Below are positions 51,568 through 64,000 of a stretch of 64,000 nt of DNA, in pieces; the first letter of the stretch is position 1, and the number at the start of each line of letters is the position of its first letter. Under the pieces are notes generated by a model. The model was given only the letters and a program-made list of their open reading frames with translations, was not told the origin of the DNA and made no database searches. Source of the stretch: Styela clava (taxonomy: Eukaryota); NCBI RefSeq assembly GCF_964204865.1, contig NC_135251.1, forward strand, positions 20,770,001 through 20,834,000. Direction: 5' to 3'. The translations under genes and the position numbers were made by a program.

Positions 51568-54500
51568 ATGATCAAACGAAAAGCGCCAACAGATAATCCT
51601 AATTCTGGAATTACAGATTTTTTGACAGGTAACGTTGTCATACGGTAAGCTTTTGGTGAATTGAGTTGCTAGTCGAATGGAGAAATTAGATGAAATCGCA
51701 AATGCTGAAATGCGAGTTACCTAGCATAGGCTATAACGAGCATAATTCTGCGATGGTTTTGTTTTTGATAAGAGTGTAAGAACGATGAAATAAGCCAGAT
51801 AAATGAATAACTGAACCAGGTATTTCAAAAACCCCATTCTGCGATGACATTCGAGGCTAAATAGCGTCTTGGGGTTTTCCTCAGTGCACATTTTTTAATC
51901 CATCAGATTCTGAGATAAGCTAGCCTCGAATAATGAATAATTAACAATTGGATAATCATTAAAAATTGATTGTTGGGTTACTCCGCTTAATTACAAAGAA
52001 ATCAGACCTAGACTATAATTTTTTCTGTTCAGTCTGAACCTTCAACCAACACTTTGTTGACGTTTAAAGTTTTTTGTTGTCACTTTTTGCTATTGGTAAT
52101 TCAGTGCTGGATTTTTTGTCAGTCATTCAAATTGTGAATTAATTATGAACTATTATAATACCTTCACCTTCTTTTTTGATTTCAGAACTTGCTGATTATG
52201 AGAAAAATGTCAACAGATCATTTCATAAATCAAATGCATATCGGAAAGCAGCAAGTGCCATATCAAAATGTAACGAACCAATAAAAAAGGGATCAGATGC
52301 TCGGAAACTGGTCAGAAAAATTTTGTACCACAATCTAAGAAAATAGACGACTAGGCCTATAGGCTAATAAAACGTTATTAACGTTGGTACGAAAATTACC
52401 CAAAGTTTATTTTTTGCATGAATCAAACCATTTCGTCGTTTTATAAATTTCATATGACAATTCTGAAATAAATTTTTTTTAATATATAAAAGGTTCGAGG
52501 TGTTTATTTATAATATGTATTATTTGCAGGAAGGCGTGGGTGCAAAAATCGCTGAAAAAATTGATGAATTCCTTACCACTGGAAAACTTCGCAAGATTGA
52601 GAAAATTAGATCAGATGAAACATCTCAAGCAATATCCCTTCTCACAAGAGTATCAGGAATTGGGTTAGTAGACCTATTTCAATTTTTTAAGAAAAAATAA
52701 ACTTTTGTTGGGAAATGTAATCGTATAAGTTCAGGGTAGTATTATTTTAATTGCTATTTAGAAAAGTTTCCCTAACATTTCAATCGGTTTCAAGTCGAAA
52801 CAACCCGTGTTTTTTATTAAAGCCTGTAAGAATCTATTTAAACATAGCTTGCATCTTTAATTGTACTCTGCCTTTTGCCCATTACTTTATATCTTTCTAA
52901 TTTTGAGTGTTTTTTTATTATTCTCCATTTACTTTAACTGAACAACTTATCGATAACCTTTATTTTCTAACAAAACTATAGTCCTGCCGCTGCGAGGAAA
53001 TTGGTTGATGAAGGTCTGACAACGCTTGAACTTTTACGAGAAAATATAAGTAAACTAACACATCATCAACAAATTGGACTCAAGTAAGTCTGCTTAGAAA
53101 TTGTTCAGTTACCCTAGTTCTTTTGATTATTGTTTAAATCCAGTACAGAGTTTGTTACTTAGCTTCAATTTAGGTTTAAAAAGTAACTGAATGTAAGAGA
53201 TTGTAATATGTAAGTAATAATTGTAATCGAACAAGGAAATGTAATTAATTGAATTTCTTGATCCATTGTTTCTCACACACACACACACACACGGTGATAT
53301 TTTTTGTTGGTGTTTATTTGATGACCTATTTTGGAAATAAGTTTAGAAGCAACTTTTTTTACTAGGACATGTGTGAACCGATATCAGAGTTTTTGTTTTA
53401 CGAGGTTAACATTGTTTTGAACCAGGCTATATTGGCTTTTTGTAATATTAAGGAGGTCGATTGAACTGACTGCCAAAATTGTTGTTTTATTTAAACATGT
53501 CTATGATATCATTGTTCCTCATTAAATGTACATGAACTCTTCGTTCAAGGTACTTTGAAGATTTCGAAAAAAGAATTCCAAGAGCGGAGATGGAAGTACT
53601 TGAAGTATGCTATTCCATATTTCCAAACTTTCTGTATCAGATTCTCAGTTTTATTATATCTCTACATTTAAATTAAACATTTTTCTTTCTTGTGATTCAC
53701 ACACATGCTGTTGTCGGTCAGAATCTGGCCGAGCAAAAACCACGTTTTGCAGCCAATTTTTAGGTTAGAGTATTGGACACAGTAAATTGACAATTCCTGC
53801 CTGCTTGATTTGTTATTGAAATTTATTATTAAACATAAACTACAATTTAGAACCAACAGCCTTAGCAGAGATACCTATATACTGTATATACATGCCGAAA
53901 GGTCACCCCACCGTATAGGTCGTGCTATTAGTTTTGTGTTAAAAAAGTTTAATTTAGAGTTGACTCGCACATGAGTCGCACTGAAAATCTAGGGATTTAA
54001 AAGCCCTTTCCCTAGCTTTTTTGCATAGATAACTTCCTATTTTGTTTTTTTTGTAGGGCATAATATATTCAAAATATGTTTACTTGCAATTGCAATAGCC
54101 GAAAATTTTCAATTTTGTTCCGACTTGGTGGCGATTTGCACTTGTGTCAAGCAGATTAGTCGCACCTTATAAGAAAATAATTGCGTCTTATCTGCGAGTA
54201 TGTACGGTAGTCATTTACTAGCACTGTTTCGGCTATAGTTTTATATTGAAGGTTAAATGAAAAATAGTTCTAGTAATCTATCTAGTCAATAATCTGTTGA
54301 ATAATTCTATTATTATTTTTAGAAAGTAGTCAATGAAAGAATACAAGAATTGGATAAAGAATACAGAAGTCAAGTATGTGGAAGTTACAGACGTGGGGCA
54401 TCATCTAGTGGTGATATTGACGTGTTACTTACTCATTCCTCGTTTTCTTCAACCGATAAGCAGAAAAGGGTGAGTTTTGCAACAAGAAGATGATAGAAAC

Positions 54501-56854
54501 GCTATATTATGCTATCTAATCACGATGAATGCTTTTGTATTGAGCCATTTGAGCTGCTCCTGTCTTGATTTATTTGTGGAAACATGCTTGGTTCTTTCAA
54601 TTTTCACTGCCTCAACAAATAACTCTGCATAGTGCATACCATTTAAATTCTGATGTTATGGTGACACAGGAGGGTTTACTTGATTTAGCCTATTGAAATT
54701 TTTTTTTGCCTACGAATTTCGCAACTTTAATTCATTTCTAATTTGAAAAGTCAGATCAGTAAAAATTTCTATGTTATTACAGAAGTAAAATCACACTTAA
54801 TCAATTCATAATATGACAAGTTGCCGAAGTGGGGCTTAATGGTAATATAAATGGTAACTATTAGCGACATTGTCATTTTTTCTCAGAAGCACATCTCTCT
54901 AAATTTAGTTTTCACTTTTGATTATCAGGGTGATTTGCTGGAAAAAGTTGTAACGGATCTTCAAAGCATAAACTTTGTCACGGATATACTTTCAATGGGA
55001 CAGACAAAATTTATGGTAAGTGGTTTAGATAACAAATTACATATTTTATTTGGATATAATTAGCAATCAAATAGTTCTCATGGGATTCAAGTACATTCTC
55101 AAAAAACTATTCAGACAAATTGGTACTAAAGTGACCAAATTTTGCTAACACATGAGAGAAGCCTGTATTACCACTGACAAACTGTTTAAAGTGGGTTAGT
55201 GTGTGTCAAGACTCCTGAATTACATCTGTAGTTAGTTATCTTTATTTTAGCTACAACATCCTTTTGCATTATAAGCCTGGGTTATCTCATTTAACCCCAA
55301 CTGATTATTAAATATTTATTTTTGTCACCTTTTTCTCATTCTGACATGTTAAAATTTTACTGTGGAGTTTTAAATCTTGAGTTTTAAAACTTAAATATGG
55401 TTCGAACTAGATTTAAAAACTTTCTCTGCTTATAATAAATTTTCATAGAAGGAAGTTGCCAGTATCATGGAAAATGGTGAGTTACACCATGTATAAAATC
55501 ATGGTTACCTTACAAGTCTGCATATTTTATTACTAACAGGGGGTTTGCTGCTGGGAGGACTTCAAGTCACTTGATGAATCTGGGGATTCCCATTCAACAT
55601 TTCGAAGAATTGATATAAGGTTAGTCTGGTTTAAAAAGCACAGCATAATAGTAAATATACTATATATATCACACTATTAAACAATACAAATTTATTTAGT
55701 AAATTTATTGTGTTGAGTTTTTCCACAAAACTATTTTCATACATTTTTGTTCTTGGTGTGAATATTTCAAATTTTATAAACGCTAATTAAGGTGCTGTTT
55801 TGTGATGAAAAGTATCTAGAATACAACATGTGTAGAAGTTGTTAATAAGCATTGTTGATTCTGAACTGAATAAATATAATTTTAAACAGGTTGGTACCTC
55901 AAGATCAGTTTCCCTGTGCAATGTTGTATTTCACCGGGAGCGATTTATTCAACAAAAGGATGCGAACATTAGCGTTAGAAAAAGGATTCACAATAAATGA
56001 GTATTCAATACGTCCTCAAGGTTCAACTGGTAAGAATCATTTTATTCTGACAACTGTGGATGGCTGATTAAATTTGTAGAATGCTAAATGTAGGATAGAT
56101 CCCTTAAGTGAAGTAAGATCAAATTCACTTTGAAACAAGAAAACTGATCTTTGTGTTAAGTTACAGTTGACCACTGAGGTGCCAAGCACTAATGAGACTA
56201 AATTATTGTAGTGTACAATTGGGTACTCCTGTTGTGTGTGTACCGAGTTAGGGTTAGGACATACTTTTATTTTGATTTTAGTTCTATTACGAGTTCGGGG
56301 ACTGTCTGTGTTAGCCAAGTGAATGTATCCCCTGTCCATAAGTTTCAGTTCCTTTGTACAACTTGGTGTTGAGAAGGCAGACCAAATTAGATAACCTCCA
56401 TATTGGTACACATCTGGAACACCTCGAACTGTGCATTAGTGAATAATACAGATTTACGTGATACTAGAAGTGGTTCATGTAAATGCAATCAGGAAAAATT
56501 CGACCGGTATTGCTGAAATATTCACCATTCAAATAGAAGATCATTATTTTTTTACATTTTATAAAAAATATCCATTTTGGCGTTATTTTATTTGTTTTGA
56601 TAGATTTTGTTCCAATAATTAAAAATGCCATTTACAAGTAGTAATTTGTCAACATTCCTTATCTTGTATTGCACTTACTATCATTCAGAGTTGTATCTTG
56701 ACTGGAAGACAATATCAAACATTTTTGAACACAAATAATATTTGTGTTGATCTATTCAGGTATACCTGGTGAACCTCTTCCTGTCTCATGTGAAGAAGAT
56801 ATATTTGATTACATCGATATGCCTTATGTTGAACCAAGCAAACGAAGTGAATAA
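51568..56854 (+). CDS. POLB: DNA polymerase beta
   Basis: Exons 51568-51628, 52186-52310, 52530-52663, 52982-53083, 53550-53604, 54323-54469, 54929-55015, 55540-55619, 55890-56029, 56760-56854. Motifs [26 protein letters not shown] (lyase Lys), GSYRRG, GDIDVL and RRIDIR (catalytic Asps), LYFTGS, GFTINEY. Confidence 0.96.
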
Positions 56855-57606
56855 ATATGATGATTCGTTCAGATTTGTCAATTATCTCATGTCTTCTGCT
56901 TGAAGATGAAATATTCTGAGGTGCTATCCACTGGGCGAGTAGTCATGCATCCTGATTCCATGATTACCTCTTCAGAGCATTTAATTTCTGGTTTTAAATG
57001 TTCTTGAATGATTTGATCTTTGACTTTTTATGCATATATAGTTAACGATGAAAAAATCGCTTTGTTTAACTACAGTATGCAATGTATTCATACCTTTTTT
57101 ATTATTTTTTGTGTTGCATCATTGTATTCTACGGTACTTGTGTTGAGAATAAAATGTGCATCATACCTTTAACATGATGGAAATAATTATGGGAGCAATG
57201 GTTATTAACTGTTGAAGGTGTGTGCTCACAGATATAATTTTGATTTTGAACAAAATTGGATTGAATGACAAATCTTAGTGATGAGTGATTAGTTTTTACT
57301 TTCCCATAATTTGATGGTAGTCAGGCAAGGTGACGTCATTCGCTATATGACTTTGTTTGCATTACCTTGGGCCTTCTTTGGTACTCCTGAAGTATGTGCA
57401 CCAAGATGTCGCACAACCTGAGCCCTAATCTGGTACACAACCTGAGTTTAGGTTGTGCGCCATCGTGGTGCGCATACTTCAGGTCTCCTGTGTAGTCGTT
57501 CTTGAATTTTGTCGTGTTTCGCGTGAATGGGTCTTCTATTTTTAATCGCTTGTATCGTTGTTCTCGGGTCTTGGGCCACCCTGTTTGTGCTGGACTGGGT
57601 ATTGTG

Positions 57607-58794
57607 TAGAGATGTACCGATACCACTTTTGTCGCCGATACCGATCCGATACCAGCTAAAAAACGCCGATACCGATACACCGATACTACAAAAGGCCGAT
57701 ATTACCGATACTGTGTAGTGCAGACGGGTTAAAACAATGGTCTTTGAGCGTTGTTTATAGTACACAATATTTCAGATCGAAAAAAAAGATATATATGTCG
57801 CATAATATGAAATTAATGATTGGTATCCATATGCTTTAACTGATTAAGATACATTGTACAGTAACGCTAGTAATCTCGATGTTCAATTGAAACTCATAAG
57901 CCGGGATGTCCAATATGAATTTAATGTTAATATCGTGACCTTCAAAAATCGTTATTCGTGTTTAAAAGAATATCGAATATCACCCACACATTCTAGAGCC
58001 GCCGTCCTACGATCAAATTAAAAGCATTTTTCAAATATTTCATTTCGTCGCTAATCGTAATCGTCGACGCAATAAGTAAGTCAAAGCCAACATGAAAGAA
58101 TATCAATCAGCACCGACCAAAAGAAGGCCTACCAATAACCGTCGAGGACGTTTTTTTACTTTACTATTTTATAATATTATACAATTGCTATCATATATTT
58201 TGTGATAGTCTAGGGCTAGGCGGTCATGTCAATATATCTATATAATTAATACCTGCGTAGAGGGATAATTGTGTCGGAATTTAGTTTATTGATGTCGACG
58301 GACTAAATGACACTCGTACTTGACGACAAACAGTCAAAATTTATACCCGTGCCAAAAGTCCATGTGCCGTTAATAAGGACCCCAATTCCACTGTATGATT
58401 TAAAACTGGGCGTCTAATTGCTTTTTGTTATGTGCCGTGTTGATATATTTCTTCATAAATACTATGTAATATTAAAAATTTCAATATAAAAATTTGACAG
58501 CGAAAATAGCCAAATTAGTTGAGCTAATTTGGCTGATAAATAGCTAAAAACACGTGAATCCTATTCTCTCGCGGGGGTGGGGACATGTATGGCTCATAGC
58601 TCACGATCTCTCCAGACGAAAAATAAATTAAAAAGTAGTATTCCAACTTATCTTTAAAACATTCTGGACCATATCAAAAAGGTAAATATATCGGAAATAT
58701 CGGCCTTAATCTCACCGATACCGATACATGGCCGATACCGTAAAAAATGGCCGATATTGCCGATACCCGATACCGATACATCGGTACATCTCTA
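57607..58794. mobile_element. Non-autonomous hAT element, recent insertion
   Basis: Perfect 15-bp TIR TAGAGATGTACCGAT, perfect 8-bp TSD GTATTGTG, and subterminal CCGATA arrays at both ends. Confidence 0.92.
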
Positions 58795-59548
58795 GTATTG
58801 TGCGTCACGTTTTCTGACACCACGATTATTGTCGTATTCTATTTTATTACGCGTTTGAGCTCCTTAAATGGCTTTTAAATTCAAGTTATTATCAAATTTA
58901 CGTGGTTGAATGTTCGTATTATTCCTGCGACTAAAAATTGAGCATTATAACACAAGGATCGATGATTGACTGACAGCCGTCATAATACATTTGATGGAGA
59001 TTTGGAAATATTTATAATGACGACCTAATGCATTTCGATGGAGCATTTCTAGAGCGTCACAAGGAATTTTTCGCGTTGGGCCAAATATTAAGCCATCTCA
59101 TAACTTTATCATGATGAATTTTAAATTATTGAATGCCCGTGGACGCCTCGAGTACATCACTGAGCAGCACAGCCTTGATAGTGAGAACCACTGCTGGAGG
59201 CTAACTTTGTGACCCATTTAGGTATATATTTACTAACGTTAAACGTAGCCGGATGATGGCGACCCTTGTGAATTTTAGAAATGGGGCGATTCAGGTATAT
59301 GCTGGATTCAGCGAATCCGACTTATTGGTCATGAATCGAATTTTCGGAGTCCGGGACGTCATAATAAAAGAGCTAAAAACACGTTGCCGAAATTATTGCA
59401 ACAGTGATAGCTCGTCAAAGTATGCCGTACCTCGTGTCTTCTTGGCAAACATTGCCCTAAAGACCTGTTGGACTATTTAGTAGTGTATTCGTCCTCTTGT
59501 TTTTGGTCACAATACAAGAGCGAGTGTCGTGAGTTAACAGCTTCAGTT

Positions 59549-59751
59549 GGTGACCGTACATTTGAACCCACGTACATTTGAACCCATGTCTTTATCCACG
59601 GGTTCAATCAATATGCAGGTGCTGAAACCCATGGGTTAGGGTTAGTATGGGTTCAACAATCCGTACAACGAAAAAATTTCCATAGGTGCAATAGTATGCA
59701 GGTGCAATTGTCATGGGTTCAAATGTACGTGGGTTCAAATGTAATGGAACC
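59549..59751. mobile_element. MITE with 9-bp TSD (Mutator-like) and internal GGGTTAGGGTTAG
   Basis: TSD GCTTCAGTT at 59540-59548 and 59752-59760; TIR contains tacatttgaacccacgtacatttgaacccatg. Confidence 0.85.
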
Positions 59752-60253
59752 GCTTCAGTTGTGAGCTGACTTTCACAATGTATTTATTGTTGAAACATGA
59801 TAGTATGATAAGGCCATAAAATTATTTTAACAATATTCAACTCTCAATGTTCGAAATTAATAAGACTGAGCGAAAGTCGGACTTGATCTAGTCCTAGGGA
59901 ACGATAGATTACGGTATTGAGTTTGATAAAACGGTAGTGACTCGGATCATTTGGTATTTCAATTCACGTTAAAGGCTGGAATCATCGCCGAAAGATCTAG
60001 AAAACCTAGGATAGTCCGGGCACCGTTACCATGACAGCACAGGTAGCTGTTCCACAGTTCCAACTTCGGGATACCGTATGACTTTCGGGTAATTGCTGGT
60101 CAAATATTTTGTTTTGGACTTCGTCGACATATATTTGAGCGTATGGCATGAAACATTCGTTTGCCTAAGTCTGGAATTATATCTTATCCGTGATATCAGT
60201 TAGCGGTCAAAATTGTTTGAGTAACGCCTTTTTGAAGCATTGACGTTGCGACT

Positions 60254-60512
60254 ACTTAAACATTTAAAGACTGACGCTTCTTAACAGTACTTGAGTTACG
60301 GCGAAATGCCACTTGAAAATTTAACGACTGGCGATTTTTAACAGTATTGAAGTTACGGTGAAATGCCATTCAAACATTTAACGACTGACGCTTTTTAACA
60401 ATACCAATAGTAGGCGTCAGTCGTTGAATGTGTAAGTAGCATTTCACCGTAACTTCAATACTGTTAAAAACAGACAGTCGGTAAATGTTTTAGGTATAAT
60501 TTCACCGTAACA
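60254..60512. repeat. Foldback array: ~59-bp unit, about 3 forward copies then about 2 inverted
   Basis: catttaacgactgacgctttttaacagtattgaagttacggtgaaatgc units, mirrored after ~60410. Confidence 0.8.
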
Positions 60513-60624
60513 TCATTGTTTAAGTGGCCGCCTCATATGTCGTAGCCTACTTAGGGTATCTCATCGTCTAAATCCGCCCTACTTATAGTACATTCACATA
60601 ATTGTATTGATGTTTACCTATACA

Positions 60625-61011
60625 TATGCTTACCATTAGTCCCGTTTTAGGCTGGACAGTCCCACTTTTCAACGTCTTGTCCCGGCGTCCCGACCGATCA
60701 GCCAACCAGCTTTGGAGTTCAGCCAGTCAGCATAGTACACGAACATTGGCATGTTTAATTTGTTACGTGTAAGCCCCGTACGCCAAAAGGGTACTTAACG
60801 TTAACGTAAATCTTTTATATTTTTCAAACCGAAACCGATATTGAGACAGACAGCGCATGAACGCTCGATGACAATATGGTCAATGAAGTCAGCCGGGATG
60901 GTTTTAAATGTAGGCCCCTAATGTAAAATCGGTAAATTCAAAGTTGAAAAAATTACAGCTATGGTCTTTGTAGGCGTCCCGCTTTGAGGTCAGAAAAATA
61001 TGGTGAGCCCA
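60625..61011. mobile_element. hAT-type MITE with GTCCC subterminal repeats
   Basis: gcttaccat ... atggtgagc ends; repeated gtccc(g) motifs at both ends. Confidence 0.6.
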
Positions 61012-61922
61012 CCTATACGGGGTTGTAGAGAAATTAACGGGCGATGGGGGAACCAACTCTCTAAAATCGGATGACCCCACAGTTCACTGAATATATTCGT
61101 GTATTCAGAATTTGATTCTGAAAAATATGCTCAAAGACGGGGCCCATATGGCGCCCGTCAAATATATTTTATTATGCACAAATGCGCACAAAATAATCGT
61201 GGGTTCACTATCGCGAGAATGCAAATGTTTGAAAGGACCTTTTCTATTGGTCATCAAAAAGCCCATGCTGGAAATATTGGAAGGCGATCATACTGCTTTA
61301 TTTGTCAATATTGCCGCGCCGCCGTGGGCTATGGAATGATCCATAATTATCGGTAGTGTCGCTTGTAATCAAGAAGAATTACGTGCGCCTGACTGTAAGC
61401 AATTTTCTAAATACAGTACATTTTAAAGAACATACAATGGAGTTAGAGAACACGTTGCAGAATTAATCAAAAACTACGCTGCGTGGAAAAATTGATGTCC
61501 ATGAACCGCTACTATGTAAAACTGCGATTAAAATGAACTTAATTACTGTACAAAGAAAATGAATTTGGTGTCAGATAATAGTTACTTAATTTGGAATGGA
61601 ATATTTAAACTATGTGCATAATTTATCATAAGTATTACTCATATTGATGATATACTCTTACAGTTATTTTCCCTAGCGAACTCAGTCGGCAACTGCGCCT
61701 AGCATTTCATTATCAAGCTTTGATTCAAAGAGTGACTAAACGCTCGATCATTTCCTCACTCCGATGAAAAACGAGAATGTTTACGAGTAAAATGAGATCA
61801 ACATGAGCCATTCAGCCGTGTTGTGAAAAAAGTTCGGAATGTCGACGTGTTTATTACGCGTGCTCGCATCAGTTGGCAACGTTTTAGTTACTTACATAGC
61901 TAGCAGTGGCTGAGTCTTCGCT

Positions 61923-63413
61923 ATGTCCAGCTTACCTCCGCCCGTTTTGAAGCCGGAAATTCGGTACACGAAGCTTTTTATTAATAATGAATGGGTAGAT
62001 TCGGTTAGTGGCAAAACCTTTTCCACTATTAATCCATGTACCGAGGAAAAAATATGCGATATCCAAGAAGGTGACAAGGCTGATGTTGACAAAGCCGTTG
62101 TTGCAGCAAGGAAAGCGTTCGAGCTCGGGTCGGAATGGCGTCGGATGGATGCTTCACAAAGGGGGCTGTTGATGTTTCGTCTCGCCGATTTGATTGAAAG
62201 GGATCGAGTGTACTTGGCGAGTTTAGAAACGCTCGACAATGGGAAGCCTTATTATATGTCTTACAATGCAGACCTCCACTTGACCATAAGTTGCTACAGA
62301 TATTATGCGGGATGGGCGGACAAGAATCATGGAAAAGTAGTTCCCATGGACGGAGATTTTTTTGCTTACACCAGGCACGAACCCATTGGCGTTTGCGGAC
62401 AAATTATTCCATGGAATTTCCCCTTATTGATGCAGGCTTGGAAATTAGCCCCAGCTTTAGCGGCGGGAAACACTGTGGTGATGAAAACAGCTGAACAAAC
62501 ACCGCTTACCGCATTGCATATTGCTGCATTGATCAAAGAAGCTGGATTTCCCGCCGGGGTGGTAAATATAATTTCAGGATATGGACCGACCGCTGGCGCT
62601 GCTATTTCTGAACACATGGATGTTGACAAGGTCGGATTCACTGGATCTACAGAAGTTGGCCATTTGATAATGCAGGCTGCCGGAAAATCGAATCTAAAAC
62701 GGGTCACTCTCGAGCTTGGTGGAAAAAGTCCAATGATTGTTCTCGCTGATAGCGATCTCGATTTTGCGGTTGAAACTTGCCACTTTGGATTATTTTTTAA
62801 CATGGGACAATGCTGTTGCGCCGGATCAAGAATTTACGTTGAAGAATCCGTTTACGACGAATTTGTAAAACGAAGTACCGAGCGTGCTAAAAAGCGAACA
62901 GTTGGAGATCCATATGACGAAAGCATCGAACAAGGCCCACAGATTGATCCTGAGCAATTCGCTAGGGTTACCCGCATGATTGAGGAGGGCAAGCAGTCGG
63001 GAGCTAAACTTATGTGTGGCGGCAAGAGATGGGGAACAAAGGGATTTTATGTTGAACCCACCGTTTTTGCAGATGTTCCCGACGACTCTTCAATTGGTAC
63101 TGAAGAAATTTTTGGGCCTGTTCAGCAAATCATGAAATTCAAAACCATCGACGATGCTATAAAAAAAGCAAACACAACAAAATATGGATTGGCAGCGGCT
63201 GTGATAACGAAAGATCTCGACAGGGCGTTGACAATTGCAAACAGCGTCAGAGCAGGTACGGTGTGGGTGAATTCTCACAACACTTTTTCAGCGGCAATGC
63301 CGTTTGGTGGATATGGTATGTCTGGGCAAGGACGAGAACTTGGCGAATATGGTTTGGCAAACTACACTGAAGTTAAGACGGTCATGATTAAAATTTCCCA
63401 AAAGAATTCCTAA
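61923..63413 (+). CDS. Aldehyde dehydrogenase, ALDH1/2 class (most similar to ALDH2), intronless, no mitochondrial leader
   Basis: 496 aa. Motifs [29 protein letters not shown] (general base Glu), GQCCCAGSR (catalytic Cys), EEIFGP, PFGG. Confidence 0.93.
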   Translation: MSSLPPPVLKPEIRYTKLFINNEWVDSVSGKTFSTINPCTEEKICDIQEGDKADVDKAVVAARKAFELGSEWRRMDASQRGLLMFRLADLIERDRVYLASLETLDNGKPYYMSYNADLHLTISCYRYYAGWADKNHGKVVPMDGDFFAYTRHEPIGVCGQIIPWNFPLLMQAWKLAPALAAGNTVVMKTAEQTPLTALHIAALIKEAGFPAGVVNIISGYGPTAGAAISEHMDVDKVGFTGSTEVGHLIMQAAGKSNLKRVTLELGGKSPMIVLADSDLDFAVETCHFGLFFNMGQCCCAGSRIYVEESVYDEFVKRSTERAKKRTVGDPYDESIEQGPQIDPEQFARVTRMIEEGKQSGAKLMCGGKRWGTKGFYVEPTVFADVPDDSSIGTEEIFGPVQQIMKFKTIDDAIKKANTTKYGLAAAVITKDLDRALTIANSVRAGTVWVNSHNTFSAAMPFGGYGMSGQGRELGEYGLANYTEVKTVMIKISQKNS

Positions 63414-64000
63414 TTGTACGTGGACGATGGCAAATCATTGCAAAACAATTGGAACAATATGTACCCTATATATATCCATTAACCTATATATAAGCATTAA
63501 CAATATGTATATATATAAATCGATACAAATTGAAAGCTGTCACGGAATTTGTAGCAGCTATTTTGTTGAATTCTTGTTAATAAAAACTTAATTAAAAGTA
63601 AAACATCATGCATACAGTCTGTTCGAAGGAAATTGTTTTTTTGCAATCGTGCACAGCGCTGGAAAAATATGAATGCAAATTTTGCTGAACCCAAATCGTT
63701 TAATTAGTTTGTTGCAATTTGAATTTGGCGAGTCTTGACCCGCATTAATCATTTGAAACGTACGTGTTATTTTTTCTCATAGCATGTTAATAAAATTTCA
63801 ATTGTTCACAGGAACAGGCATAGCTAATCCATTAATCATATAAAACTTGTTATTTCTGATTGTATGTTAATACGATTCAATTATTCACCGGTTGGCGTGA
63901 CAACGTTGCTACTCGCCAGTAGGACTTATACCCGTCAATTCTGGTCATATGGCACATCCTGTGTTTCACACATATATCGCAAAATAAAATCATTTCTCAT

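Noticed and set aside
55802-55864. C/D box snoRNA in POLB intron 8 (GTGATGA...CTGA)
   Set aside because: No terminal stem or recognisable rRNA antisense element; such motifs are expected by chance in AT-rich DNA.

Overview
AT-rich eukaryotic (animal) genomic DNA with short GT-AG introns and dense small transposons. Gene structure and repeat types fit an invertebrate chordate such as an ascidian, but that is inference only. About 1-14.8 kb is a transposon graveyard: tRNA-derived SINEs, L1/Tx1-type LINE 3' fragments, MITEs, and a locally duplicated inverted composite block. The genes follow in order: an intronless RIPK1-like kinase-death-domain gene that has lost both the catalytic Lys and the catalytic Asp (pseudokinase); NAA50 (4 exons); MAPKAP1/SIN1 (8 exons); a MYORG-like GH31 glycosidase (5 exons); a decayed inverted paralog plus an intact SdsA1/BDS1-type alkyl sulfatase (5 exons); an intronless TPMT-family methyltransferase with altered substrate residues, head-to-head with POLB (10 exons); and an intronless ALDH2-like gene without a mitochondrial leader. 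Exon boundaries were reconstructed by hand from splice dinucleotides, reading-frame continuity and remembered homologue sequences. Most short ORFs in the ORF track are artefacts of repeats or introns.
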